Positions 42,643 through 58,155 of a stretch of DNA of 64,000 nt are shown here, in pieces. Location: the NCBI RefSeq assembly GCF_009914755.1, contig NC_060943.1; one strand, written 5' to 3'. Origin of the DNA: the human T2T-CHM13v2.0 reference genome, Homo sapiens. The notes under the pieces were generated by a model. That model was not told the origin of the DNA and ran no database searches. It saw nothing but the letters and a program-made list of their open reading frames with translations. Numbering within the stretch: position 1 is the stretch's first letter; each line of letters starts with the position of its first letter. Position numbers and translations under genes: made by a program.

Positions 42643-42942
42643 ATATAATATCAATTTTTGTCTTGTAGAAGTACTTGATTTAAAGCATATTATGTCTAAT
42701 ATAATTATGACCACCTTACTCAATTGTGGTTGCTATTTTCATGGAATATACATTTTTTTCATTCTGTTACTTTCTGCCTATTTGACTTAATGCTAAAGTA
42801 AGTCCCTTGTAGGCAGCACACTGTATGCTTTTTTAAAAAAACCACTTAGGCATTCTATATCTTTTTCTTTATATAATTTTATTTATATATATATTTATAT
42901 TTGTATTTATTTATTTATTTATTTTATTTGGTTTGTTTTTGA

Positions 42943-43047
<105 letters not shown>

Positions 43048-44887
43048 TGAGTAGCTGGGATTACAGGTGCATGCCACCATGCCCAGCTAATTTTTTGTAA
43101 GTTTAGTAGAGACGGGATTTCACTATGATGGCCAGGCTTGTCTTGAACTCCTGAATTCAGGTGATCTGCCTGCCTCAGCCTCCCAAAGTGTTGGGATTAC
43201 TAGCATGAGCCACTGCACCCAGCCTCATTTATTTTTGAGATAGTGTCTCACTCTGTCAACCAGCTTATTTGTATTTTTTGTAGAGACAGAGGTTTGCCAT
43301 GTTGCCCAGGCTGATCTTGAACTTTTGGGTTCAAGTGATCAGCCCATCTTGAACTTCCAAATTCCTATGATTACATTTCATTTTATTTAGTAGTTTAATC
43401 TATATTTAAAATGATTGGTTAAAGAAATGAAGTTGTTATTACCACTAATATTGTTATTGTTTTATGTGTTTCTAGTAGTTATATTTTTCTCATTTCCTGT
43501 TTTACTTACTTAATTTTCATTTAATTTTGTACTGGCATGCTTTGATTATATTTTATTTTCTTTTGCATACTTTGTATAAATAATATCTTAGTAATCATCT
43601 CAAAAACTGGAGATTACATACATCTTAAAGTTAAAACAATATATTTTAATCTCATAACAACTTCAATTGAATAAAAACTATGCCTCTATATTTTCCAGTT
43701 TGTTATTGATATAAAAATTATTTTATATGGTGTATCTACAGGTGCACGCCTGTTATCCCAGCACTTTGGGAGGCCAAGGTGGGTGGATCCCGAGGTCAGG
43801 AGATCGAGACCATCTGGCCAACATGGTGAAATCCCATCTCTACTAAAATACAAAAAATTAGCCAGGCATGGTGGCCCATGCCTGTAGTACGAGCTACTCA
43901 GGAGGTTGAGGCAGGGGAATCACTAGAACCCAGGAGGCACTCCAGCCTGGGAGACAGAGTGAGACTCCATCTCAAAATATATATATATTTCCAAATATTC
44001 AGTTTGGTCTTATTATATTGACATTGTTATGCAACATATCACTAGAGTGTTTTTTATCTTGCAAAGCTAAATCTCAGTACACAGTAAATAACTACCAATC
44101 CTTTGTATTTTGTGGTTCTTTTCAAACACCACTCTGTTTTCTGTTTCTAAGAGTATAACTGCTTTATATATCTCATCCAATCTCTGTCTTTTTGCGGCTG
44201 GGTCACTTTATTTTGCATAATGTCATCAATATTTATCTTAATAGTTGTTACAGTATTTTCTGCTTTTTGAAAACTGAGTGATAATTCCTGTACTTTTGTG
44301 TCTACTGAATGATTTGGTGACACAAATTTCGATTACTTTTACCTAGTGGCTTGCAGTAACAATGCTACAATAATTATGTGAAAGTTAATGTAATATATTT
44401 GCTGCATTCTGTTTTATTAGTCTACTTTTTCACCTTTATACTCATACCAAATTATTTTAATTCTGTAGCTTTTTGATGTGTTTTGAAATCAGAAATGGTA
44501 TTGCCTGTAACATTGTTCCTGTTTTTGAAGATTGCTGGGTACTTTATTGTCTGTTTGGATTCCATATACTTTTAAATTTGTTGTTTTTATTTCTTTGAAA
44601 ATGCTGTGAGTCATTTGAAAGACATTGCATTAAATCTGTAGATTAAATTGAGCAGTAAAGACATCTTCAAAATATTGTTTTTCAATTGTTTGTTTTTGAG
44701 ATGGAGTTAAATTTACCTGCCTTACCAGTTACATTTGTGCCATTTTGGTTTGTATGTTTTTGTTACATTTATATGTTCAGGAAGACATTACAGCTTGTGG
44801 TATTTTACTATGTCATCTTAGTTATGTAGTTTGTATAATTTTATAGGTTAGATTTGTAAAGTATATTTATCTGAGTCTAGCAATTGA

Positions 44888-46552
<1,665 letters not shown>

Positions 46553-47284
46553 AAGTGTGAAGAATGTGGCAAAGCCTTCAAGTGGTCCTCACACCTTACT
46601 ATACACTGAGAGTTCTGAACTTACTCTGTAACCATCCCAAACTCCTCCCAGGCACAGTCTGGCAGAGGTCCTGCCATTTCGGAGACCTGGAGGAAGTGGC
46701 CCATTTACAGCCATGTAGGCAGGCCTGCAGACCTTGGCCTTTACTACGGTACCTGAAGTGGTTCAATGACTCAGTTTCAGTTACCTGAGCCACAGCTTAA
46801 GGTCAGTTCTGCCTATATAGAAACCCACACAGTTAACCTGAGGAAATGCTCTCTGGTACTCACTGAAAGCCACACTCATCCACATCCTGATACAAGGCCC
46901 ACCATATGCAGACCTGACTGCCAAAACATGCCCTAGTGTCTGCCGTACAGAGTGAAGTCCTGAAGGATATTTAGTCTGTCCAAAACTAAAATGAAGATTT
47001 CAACTCCCCAACCCCCTCTAACAAGCCAGCTAAAGGTGGACTATAGTGCAGACCCAGCAACCTTGTGACCAGGCTAAAACCCCTCATCACTACAAATTCA
47101 GAGGGCATCTCATCACCCTAAGGGCCCAACGAAAGATCTTTACCTTCTAACATCAGTTTATGAAAACTTGAAAAGGTGTTTGCTCCATCAAATTCAGACA
47201 CCAGTACAAAACTATATTATGCCCATTGTCTGGTTCTATTTTAATGTAGCACTGGAAGTGTGTGGCAGAAGAATTAGTCAAAGA

Positions 47285-47290
47285 AATAAA
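47285..47290 (+). terminator. First AATAAA downstream of the ZNF93 stop; candidate poly(A) signal
   Basis: aagaAATAAAaatagcc. I saw no earlier AATAAA after 46552. Confidence 0.5.
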
Positions 47291-47563
47291 AATAGCCATT
47301 GAAATTGAAGAAAAATGTTGCTGTTTGTAGATCATACAATCTTATATTTGAAAAACCTTAAACAGTACATTAAAACCCGTCTAAACTAATAAATACACTC
47401 AGTAAATTAACAAAATATAAAATCAACATACATGTATATGTATGGTTTTATACACTTAAACTATCTAATTAAACAGAGGAACACACTGGGCACTTTGGCT
47501 CACGCCTGTAATCCCAGCACTTTGGGAGGCCAAGGCGGGTGAATGATCTGAGGTCAGGAGTTA

Positions 47564-47803
<240 letters not shown>

Positions 47804-48837
47804 TTAAATAATAAATGTCTGGCCAGGCCTGGTGGCTCATGCCTGTAATGTCAAGGTGGGCGGATCACAAGGTCAGGTGATCGAGACCATCTTGGCCGTG
47901 GTGAAACCCCATCTCAACTAAAATATAAAAAATTAGCTGGGCATGGTGGTGCATGTCTGTAGTTTCAGCTAATTAGGACTGAGGCAGGAGAATCGCTAGA
48001 ACCCAGGGAGGTGGAGGTTTCAGTGAACTGAGATCATGCCACTGCACTCCAGCCTGGAGAAAGAGCAAGACACTTTCTCAAAAAATAAATACATAAATCT
48101 CTGAGAAAATAACCAAAAAGGTAAGAAATCTTTACAATAAAAATATCAATAAAAAATTAGAGAAAATCCAAATAAATATAAAACATTTTATCTCTGGGTT
48201 GAAAGTAAATATCATTAAAGTGCCGTATTATCCAAAGTTATCTACAGATTCAATAAACTTCCTATCAAAACTTGCAGTGGTATTTCTTTCACAATAATGG
48301 AAAATACTATTTTAAAATTTATGTGAAACTAAAAATTTGAATAGCCAAAGCAATCTTGAGGAAAAAAAAAGCAGAAGGATATCATACTTATAATGTCAAG
48401 CTGTATTTCAAGACTGTATTCTAATAAAAACCAAATGGATTGTGCAAAAAAATGAGCAAAAATGCAACAGAAACTAACACATATTTCAGACATGATGAAA
48501 AAAACTTAATAGTTTATCAAAATCATGCAGATATTTGTGTGTCCCCAAAACAATAGAAAAGCAGCCAGATTGTGCAGTCTCTTATATACCATGAAGAGGA
48601 CTTTGGCTCTCACTGTGAACTTGAAGGAAGTTCACTGAAAGAAAAGTAGAATCCTTAGAGAATTTAAAAGCATAAGACAGAAGATGCCCCTTTGTGAGAG
48701 CAAAATTTAGAAACAAAAAAAACAGCTGCTCAGGAAATATTTCCTTTGGAATACAACTTCCAAATTAGATTTTAAGAACTGGTTTTCTCTTTGACTTTGA
48801 GACTTCTTACCTGTGTTTTCCGTTGTATTCATTTTCA

Positions 48838-48951
<114 letters not shown>

Positions 48952-49417
48952 TTAAGAATAAATAACATGAATCGTGCTCATATTCTCCAATTACAAGCTA
49001 GTAATGTGTTCAGTAGAGAGGATGTGATAAAATATTCTAGTAAATTAATTACAAAATACTAATCTATAACAAATTTCTAAATATTTAGAAAATGCTTTCA
49101 ATTTGTAGGTTTCTTAATTTTACTATCTAATACTACTGAATCAAAAATTGGTGGCAATTAGATTTTCAGGTGGGGGCAAGAATACTTTGTCACTAAATTT
49201 TTGGAATTACCACTAATTTAGAGTGAATTATACAGCTCAAATCAGGAATGTGGAAAGTTTGGATTAAGATGAAACATCTTGAAGAGACTTTTCTGCATGA
49301 GCAAATTTTGAAGATTTTCTGAAAAAAGGGGATCTGAAACTCTTTTATGCAAAGAATAGATTACTAAAAAGTTCTACATAAAAGAGAAATAAAACCTTTA
49401 GGGTATATTATGAATTA

Positions 49418-49609
<192 letters not shown>

Positions 49610-52600
49610 TTAATTTGACTTAAGGTGAAATGAGAGAGTAAAGAGAAGTGGTTCTGACTTATAGCACTGACTAAAATTATCCAATAAAATAATTTTCAAA
49701 ACAGAAATATTATTCTCTAACTATGATAAAAAAAAAAAAGCACCATAAGATCCAGAACAACAGTTCATATATTTTATTTTTCTAGATAATAAAGTATAAA
49801 ATTAAGGGCATGAACACGAACATGTACATTTTTGAGTGCTATATTTACATCATACGGAATGAGTTGTGAATATTTTTCAGATGGAAAAGACATTCACTTA
49901 GGCATTTCTCAAATTTATTATGTACAATAAGCTGAAGACCTTATGCAGGTTTTTTTTTTTTTCCAAGAAGATCTGGAGTAAGTCTGATTTACGTATTTAT
50001 TTCCTTTTCTTTTTTATTTGAGACGGAGTTTCATGCTTGTTGCCCAGGCTTCTGTGCAGTGGCATCATCTTGGCTCACGGCAGTGTCCCCCTCCTGGGTT
50101 CAAGCAATTCTCCTGCCTCAGCCTCCTGAGTAGTTGAGATTACAGGCATGTGCCTCCACGCCCAGCTATTTTTGTATTTTTAGTAGAGACAGGGTATTCT
50201 CCATGTTGGTCAGGCTGGTCTCAAACTCCCAACCTCAGGTGATCTGCCTGCCTTGGCCTCCCAAAATGCTGTGATTACAGGCATGAGCCAGGGCTCCCCG
50301 CTGATTTTTTGAATTTCTAACAAGCTTACCAGTAATGCTAACGTTTTTGGCCTAATAAGGATATTTTGTCAAAGATCCAGTAAGTGGTAGAGCCTGTGTT
50401 TTCCCAGTTTTTCTAGCCTGTAAACAAAGATAAGAGCCTTCATTTTCTAAAGAAAAATATGTAGAAAAAATAAAAGGAGAACTGCCAGATTAAATGTGAT
50501 CACTTGTGTAGAGCAGCTGCATAAAGATAATTATGAAGAGAAAAATAGTTATCTCTACAGTGAAAAAAATCAATCAGCTATTTCACCAAGTGAATCATTA
50601 ACCATTAACTGCACTAGGACAAATTTTTATGATGTGCTACTGCACACAGAAGAACACAGCATCACTGTTGAAATATTCCTCCCCAAAACAGTAAACTAGT
50701 CTGAATTTAACCATAAACAACAGTTTATGCAAACTTCAAAATACAGGTAACTCCTATGTTCTGTAATTTTTAGTAGGAATTTTAATTAGGCTTCATTTAG
50801 CACCCTAGAGAGCAAGTATCTCCTAATAATTTTTTTCAGAACTTTCTGGGTAATAAATGCCATTCCATTTAAATCAGCATTTTCTTAATCCTCTTCTGCA
50901 TAGAGCTAATGGAACACACAGCTGGAGCCTCAACATTACATGTTCTCCATCTTTACTAAGGGCCACAGTTTTCCCCAATAGAAACCTTGAGTATCCACAT
51001 CTTTCCATGTTCAACAGCCACAAAGGGAACATTTTTAATATTGCAGGTCATAAATTCTTGCGGAGCATTCTGCATGGCATATAAGAAGCTATGACGTACA
51101 GAATGTAGAGAAGTCTGTGGGACATAGGACAGAAACGTTTTCCAGAGACCCTTGACTATCATAAGAATTTTAAGAAGTAGTTAAACCAAACTCCTTAGGG
51201 AGGAAAAACACAAGTAGAGAAGTAAAGGTTTGTGAGTACTAAACGCATGGCAGTCCAGGAGGCAGAGTGGACACAGCTCTTCATCTGACACATGTTTACC
51301 TGAAGAAAAGCCATTTTTTTCTTTCTCCTCCTCCTCTGGAATTCCTTCTCAGATGAGATTCTCTGGACAAGTTACACCTGCATATGGAGAATATGCCTTT
51401 AAAGGTGTCAGTACCACATTTACCTGCTAGTATGACATCAACTGGCAGAAAAAGAAAAATTCACTTACTGCTGTCTTTTAAACAGAATAGATTCAGGAAT
51501 AATGAGCTGCTCCATGAAGACAAAAATATAAGCTTCTCCTTTCCTGTCCTCAGGTGCCCTCCCCTGCCAGAGACTCCAGCAATTTCTGCTACAGTAATGG
51601 AAATATGCACCACACTGACCTGTCCCTACCAAACCCAAACAGAACAGGCCCTGTGACCACCCTTTAGTGCAAAGGTGGAACTTAACTCTCGAAAATGTAT
51701 TTTGAAGCCTTCATACTTGATTCTGGCCTCACCTTAGAGTCACATGAGGCCCTTCATTAAAACAACATGGATCCTTCCACCCAGAACAATAAACAGAAGC
51801 TGTGGGGAGGGCACAAGTATAAATCACTTGGTAATTTTGGTCCCACATTATGTAAGGTGATTCTGCAGGTTTGAAAAGGGTTTATGAAAGAGTGTTTTAA
51901 ACAAGTCTCCTGTCAATGCTGATGTTGCTCCCCCTTGGCTCATTATTAGCATTAGAGAAAGCAGGCAGAGCACAGGGTCCCTTACACTTAACACCCTTCT
52001 CACAACCAAATACTTGTCGTGCAAATAAGGACAACCCATCTCCATCCTAAAGTTTTATATTCTTTGCTGGCTCTTTAAGTTTATAGAGGAAACAGAAGGC
52101 AGCAATGTTTGAATAAGTCTGGGTTTAAAAAACAACATGTACACATGTACTACTGCAATGTTTATTAAGCAAGTACTATGTGCTCAAGAGTATGATACAG
52201 AGCACTGTGCTGGGCATAACACATTATGTGATTTAATTCTCATAATACCCTGGGAGCTAGTACTAAGGGTTTAGGAATTTTCAGGATTTAGATAAAGGGC
52301 CCAGCATTTTTATTCTTCTGTTTCTCTGTCATCAAATTTTTTAAAAAGTTGTAAGAAATAAAAGCTAAATATAGACAGATAGAAAAGATATAGAAAGGAT
52401 GAGTTTAATGCAGTTTAGAGAAAATTTTATTCTGTTTATGTTTACTTTTTTGTTACTTGGGGAGCAATTACTGGATCTGCAGGAATAGAAAACAAGTTGC
52501 TAAATAGAATGTCTCTGCAAGCACTGGTTTTAATAGAAAACTTAAAAGCTAAGACTCTATAATACATACTTTATTTTTCCCATTCATCTGCTTTTGGGTT

Positions 52601-53076
52601 TCAGGAAATTGTGAGCACCAGCTCTAGAAAGGCAGCAGGATTCACCAGCCAAAACTCTTGATCTCTACTAATCAGTTCTGAGAGCAAGACTCCAGGGTAT
52701 GGTCAGACCTAAATAAGGCCTTCAAAAAGAATATATGTAAACAAGTCTGGGGCAGTGTGAGGACCCTATGTAGAATTCTGTTCTCTATGTCACTGGGGTA
52801 CTACCAGATTTGTTTCTTCTAAATGTCCTAAAAGAAACTTAAATCCAACAGTTTCTGTAATTTAAATATTTTCTAGCCACTGCCCTGTCAACTTTATACT
52901 ATATACTAATATGCAATTTAAACAAACCCCTTAAGGTTTTCTAGGGTAATTTTATTGGAAAATAAATATCGTACACTTAACAAGTGAAAGAAATAGAAAT
53001 TATACAGCCGGATGTGGTGGCTCACGCCCATAATCCCAGCACTTTGGGAGGCTGAGGCAGGTGGATCACGAGGTCA

Positions 53077-53310
<234 letters not shown>

Positions 53311-55415
53311 CTAGGTGATTGTGAGAGATTCCCAGTGATCTGGGGCTGATGGCCCAATAATAAGCCAGGCTGGAGACTTAGGCTGATTCTACATAGAAAA
53401 TGGAAGTGCCCTAGTGGAGCTCCTGAACCTGGATCACCTGTTCTGATTTTCTAGCTCTTGAAAGAAAGAACAAAAATACTCTACTCCAGTATCACATTTT
53501 ACAGGTAAATGTAGTTGTGGTCATGGCTCTGGATACTTTGGGGCCTTGATCTCTTACTCCTAAGATGCTTATTTACACTGACAGATTCTGCCCTCAGATT
53601 CTATTTCCTTCTGGAGCCTCTCACATAACTGTAGCAGGTCAATGAACAAGATGTGAAAAATCTCAAAGAGCCACACTCCCAAATGGAGGCTATGTCTATG
53701 TTTACATTTCACAACGCAGAAAATATCTTTTGTTTGTTTCTGTACATTCTCAATCAAAAGTCCGGCCCTGTTTTGTAAATCCAAGGCAGAGGCCAGACCT
53801 TATTGGCAGATTCTAGGCAGGATCCACCTGGATTTGCATCCTTTGGTGTTACAGAAAGTGAAGCACAATCAAAGGAGAGATCCCCTCATAGAGTCTGCTC
53901 TAGCACATTCTAAATGATAAATCTACATGAAAAAAAGAGAAAAAGCTGACACAACATGAATATAAGTAGACACTTTATTTTGGTCAAACTTAAGAATTAT
54001 AACCTGGGAGCAAAGATTCAAGTTGCCTGGAATCTACAGTTTGATTAGCAGCAGTTACAAGAGGATTTGTAATGACAACAAGAGAGGGACAGAGAGTGGG
54101 CTGATACAAAGTTGATTGTTAGAAATTTTTATTTATTTACAGAAATAACTGATTATTGATGAGATATATATTGTATATATATGGTTATGGTTTAGGGTAC
54201 GGGATATAGTGTCCAATGTGGCATTATTAGTTTATAGCTACTTGGGGCAATAGTGTACAGTTTCAAGAGATGAATACATATTTCAAATGGGGAAGACAGG
54301 CGTAACTACACTTGCATTTTAATGTCTCTCTGAGTTTGATAACCAAAGGACTTGCATTTTCCAGATAAAAGTTTTTTATTTCCCAAATCTCAAGACCTGG
54401 ATTCAAAATTTGGAGCTGCAGATTTAGAACCTGAACGGCTGGAGTAGCAGCGGGTGTTAACTGCAGATTTGTGAGCATTTCAGCAAGAGGAGGAAGGGGA
54501 AAGTGGAGATTCTGTCTACATGTCTACTCAATGCACACATGTTACTCTGATTGGGTTTTTGGGCCCCGTGGTGTCTGAATCAGTTTCAGGTATGAAGATA
54601 CAATGATTGATTGGTGCCCCGTGGAGTTTGTAGAAATCTGGACCTAACCTCTCTAGAAGTGACTGTAGAGGATTATAGATACCATATAGGCAGAGACACA
54701 ATTCTGCCTGCATATTTAGGGGACAGTGTGCACTTTGTAGCACAGGTGTGAGTTGACTGGAAGTCTGAGAGGGAAAGTCCCCTCTAGAGTAAATTCTGGT
54801 TTTCACCTTATGTGTTTATATCATGTCTGCTAATTCTAGACCATGCTTGGAAACAATAATTAAAAGAAAAATTTTCTCCAGCCTCAGAGAAACTCCACAA
54901 TAATAAGATAGAAAGAAAACATTTTATTACACAATTGAACTTGAATGTGACATGCATCATAGTCAATCTGCTTAAGAGACTGCAAAGACAGAAGGATGGT
55001 CACCAAAATTAGTCCACAAGTAGAAGAATTTCCAGCACCATGTCATACATAATTCATCCTAAATTCATCTGGAGATTGAAGAGGCCATCTGTGTATGCTA
55101 ATTGCTTATATTCAATGACAAATAAACTTTTCCCATCTTCATAGCAGGAGGTAGCTTAGCAGCTTGAAGCCAGGTGCCTGCTGAAGGTAAGATTTCACTC
55201 TGCTACAAAAATGGTTGAATAGGGTTCTATCTTGATTTGGCTATTTACATTTTAGAGCAGTGTCTCTGCACTCCCTGGCACTGGGCTACAGCACTCCTGC
55301 TTGCTTTCTCCTGGTTACTAGTGTCCTCTGTTGACTTCTACAATTTGCTACTGAGGCACAGCCCAGAGCACAGCTCACATTTTATGTGAACCCCATTTGC
55401 CACAGCAGCACTCTA

Positions 55416-55585
55416 GTGTCACATCAGAGAGTGAGGCCTGAGCTGCAGGAGGAGAGCCTGCAGGCCTCATGGGTAGATTTACACCTTCACAATAATGGGA
55501 ATGTAAGCAGTGTTTCAGCCCCAGTTTCTATTTATAATGGTGAAATGGAAAAAATACTACCGAATTCCCAGGATGAGTCCAGATA
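55416..55585 (+). pseudogene. 5' stump of a second BNIP3 pseudogene copy, cut at the ERV junction
   Basis: [44 protein letters not shown]; inverted paralog of 20735-20899. Confidence 0.85.
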
Positions 55586-56023
55586 CCCTTACCCTGAATA
55601 CTCTGCAGCTGCATTCCTAAGCCCTTATCTAGGTGCCACAGTAGAATTTGCAGTCATGGTACAGCATGCAAACCCTAATTACAGCCATATGGGCAGCATG
55701 GGGGAGGTCATAGGAAATATGAACAAACCTTAATTACACATTCCTGTGAACTCCTGTTTTTCAGCTAGCTGCCGCCATAAATGTCACATGATGAGGTGTT
55801 GCAAGTTCATGGTAAACTGATAAACTGCCTTTGTGCCTGTTCCTAACTGATAAACTATCTAGCGGCAAAGTTAACTCCCTTAAGCCCCTCTCATCTCACA
55901 TAAACCCCTCACTTTGTAAGCTCAGGGCTACCTCTTCTGATTGCTGTGGACCAGCCCGGTAGGTTAATAAACTTACTTGCCTGACTTTGGGTCTACTTGT
56001 CCTTTCTCTCGGCCAACCTTACA
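55586..56023 (+). mobile_element. 5' LTR of a HERV-F/Fc-like (LTR46-like) provirus
   Basis: AATAAA at 55966-55971, ends ggccaaccttaCA immediately before the PBS. No matching TGTAAGG start is visible. Confidence 0.72.
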
Positions 56024-56026
56024 TTT

Positions 56027-56044
56027 TGGTGTCAAAACCTGGGA
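56027..56044 (+). promoter_or_regulatory. Primer binding site, tRNA-Phe type
   Basis: TGGTGTCAAAACCTGGGA versus the tRNA-Phe complement TGGTGCCGAAACCCGGGA (15/18; two mismatches at CpGs). Confidence 0.85.
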
Positions 56045-56508
56045 AGAGGTAGACTCTGGCCGGGCGTCCCTAGAGGACTTTCTGTCACTCTCTCTCTCAC
56101 ACTCTCCCTCCTCCCAGGCTTGCTGGTCATTGTGCGCTGGAGCCTAGGTGCCTTTCCCCCTCTCCTGCCACCCCCTGCTAGCCACCCTCCCCTTCCCAAA
56201 CCTGCTGAAGGCCCAAAGGATCTCCTAGACTCTCCCATTGTTGGTGACTTCATTCACCTTCAGAGCCTCCAAAGGGGTAAGAGAGAGAGTCTTGCCATTT
56301 ACCCGGAACCCTTGACTGTCTCTGCATTCCCAAAAGACCCAGCGCTGAGCCAAGGGCTTTCTTCAGCCTCCAGTCCTCTGGTTTCTCCGTTTCAGGAGGC
56401 AGCTACCTCCTACATTCCGGACAGGGCTTGTGGGACAGGGGACGCCCTCACCTGCCATCCTTGTCAACTGGCAGTCTCTTCTTCCTCTACCCCCCTCCTC
56501 TATTTACC

Positions 56509-58155
56509 ATGGGAGCTTCTCATTCTACCCCTCCTAAAACCACCCCCCTTGGGTATCTTTTGCACAACCTCAATGCTCTCAGCCTCCATTCAAGGGTCCA
56601 TCCTAAGAGGCTTATTTTCTACCGTAATACTGCCTGGCCTCAATACAAATTGGACAATGGCTCCCAATCACCCGAAAATGGCACTTTTGATTTCAACATG
56701 CTTACAGACTTAGACAACTTTTGCCACCGCAATGGGAAATGGTCTGAGATTCCTTATGTTCAGGCTTTCTTCACTCTCCATAGCCACCCTTCTCTCTGCC
56801 AGTCCTGTTCTACTTTCCAAATCCTCCTTGCCTGCTCTAAACCTGATTTGCCTCCTACCACCCTCCCTACGACCCCAGCCGACGACTCATCCCCTACTAC
56901 CCTCCCCATCGCCCCAGCTGATGACTCCTCTTCCTTTGACCCCACCAATTTTCCCCCTCCCCGTCAACATCATGATCCTCTGCCAGAGCATCATGATCCT
57001 CCTCCGTATGCCCCCGCTCTGGCTCTACTTCTTTCTCCCCCTCTCTCCAACAACCCTCCTTCTGACTCTGAGTCCTCCCCATCACCACCCCTTACCCACT
57101 CTCAGGCCAAGCAGCCAGTTCCCTTGTTGCCCCTTTGGGAAGCAGCAGGGGCCAAAGGGATCGTCTGTGTCCACATCCCCTTCTCCCTTTCCGATCTCTT
57201 CCAAGTTGAAAAATGTCTCGGATTTTTCTCCTCCGATCCTGATACCTATATCAAAGAATGTACGTATCTTACTCAGTCTTATGAACTCACTTGGCATGAT
57301 CTCTATATTATCCTGTCTTTTACCCTCCTTCTGGAAAAGAAGGAAAGAGTGTGGCTCGCAGCCCCGACGCGTGCTGATGATCTCCATCAGCAAGATTTTA
57401 CCAAGCCCATAGGAGCCGCTGCAGTACCCTGGCAGGAGCCTCCTTGGGAGTACCAACCCACAGACCCCAGCCTGGCATCCCATAATCATATGATTACTTG
57501 CCTCATTGCAGGCCTAAACAAGGCTGCCCACGAGGCTGTAAACTTTAAAAAGCTCAAAGAAATCTCCCAAAAGATCAATGAAAACCTTGCCCAATTTTTT
57601 TTCCTGTCTTATGGAGGCTCTCCAAAAATATACCCATGTTGATCCTGCCTCCTGAGAAGGTGCTATTGTTCTTCATACCCATTTTATCTTCCAATCTGCC
57701 CCCAATATTTGGCACAAACTTAAAAAGGCTGAAGATGGCCCTGAAACCCCCAACAAGACCTCCCTAATCTGGCTTTCAAAGTCTTCAATAACAGGGATGA
57801 GCAAAATAAATTAGATAAAGCCTAAAGAGATCTTGCTAAATACCAGCTTCTAGCAGTGGCTATCTGCCAACCTCGCCATAGTACCCAAGGGCACAAAACA
57901 CCCAATAGCATTAACTCTCCCAGGCCTTTTTTAAAGTGAAGCAAAGAAGGCCACTGGGCATGAGCATGCCCTAATCCATGAATGCCAAAAAGCCCTTGCC
58001 CAGTCTGCCAGCAGACAGGCCACTGGAAGTCTGACTGTCCTGTTAACAGGCAGACAGAAAAGCCTGTACTGCAAAACCACCACCCTTTTGGAGAGACAAA
58101 AGGTGAAGTATCACTTGCATTCCCACAGCTCCTTAGTCTAGCCACTGAAGACTGA
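56509..58155 (+). pseudogene. ERV gag (HERV-F/Fc/H supergroup); open for 377 codons to 57642, then frameshifted
   Basis: MGASHS myristoylation start, AWPQYKLDNGS, WSEIPYVQAFF, PPPY late domain, two Zn knuckles (second intact: CPVCQQTGHWKSDC), ends ATED*RGP. Confidence 0.9.

Noticed and set aside
55386-55733. Chimeric BNIP3-LTR ORF of 115 aa
   Set aside because: Starts at GTG, has no evident promoter, and is an incidental read-through across the junction.
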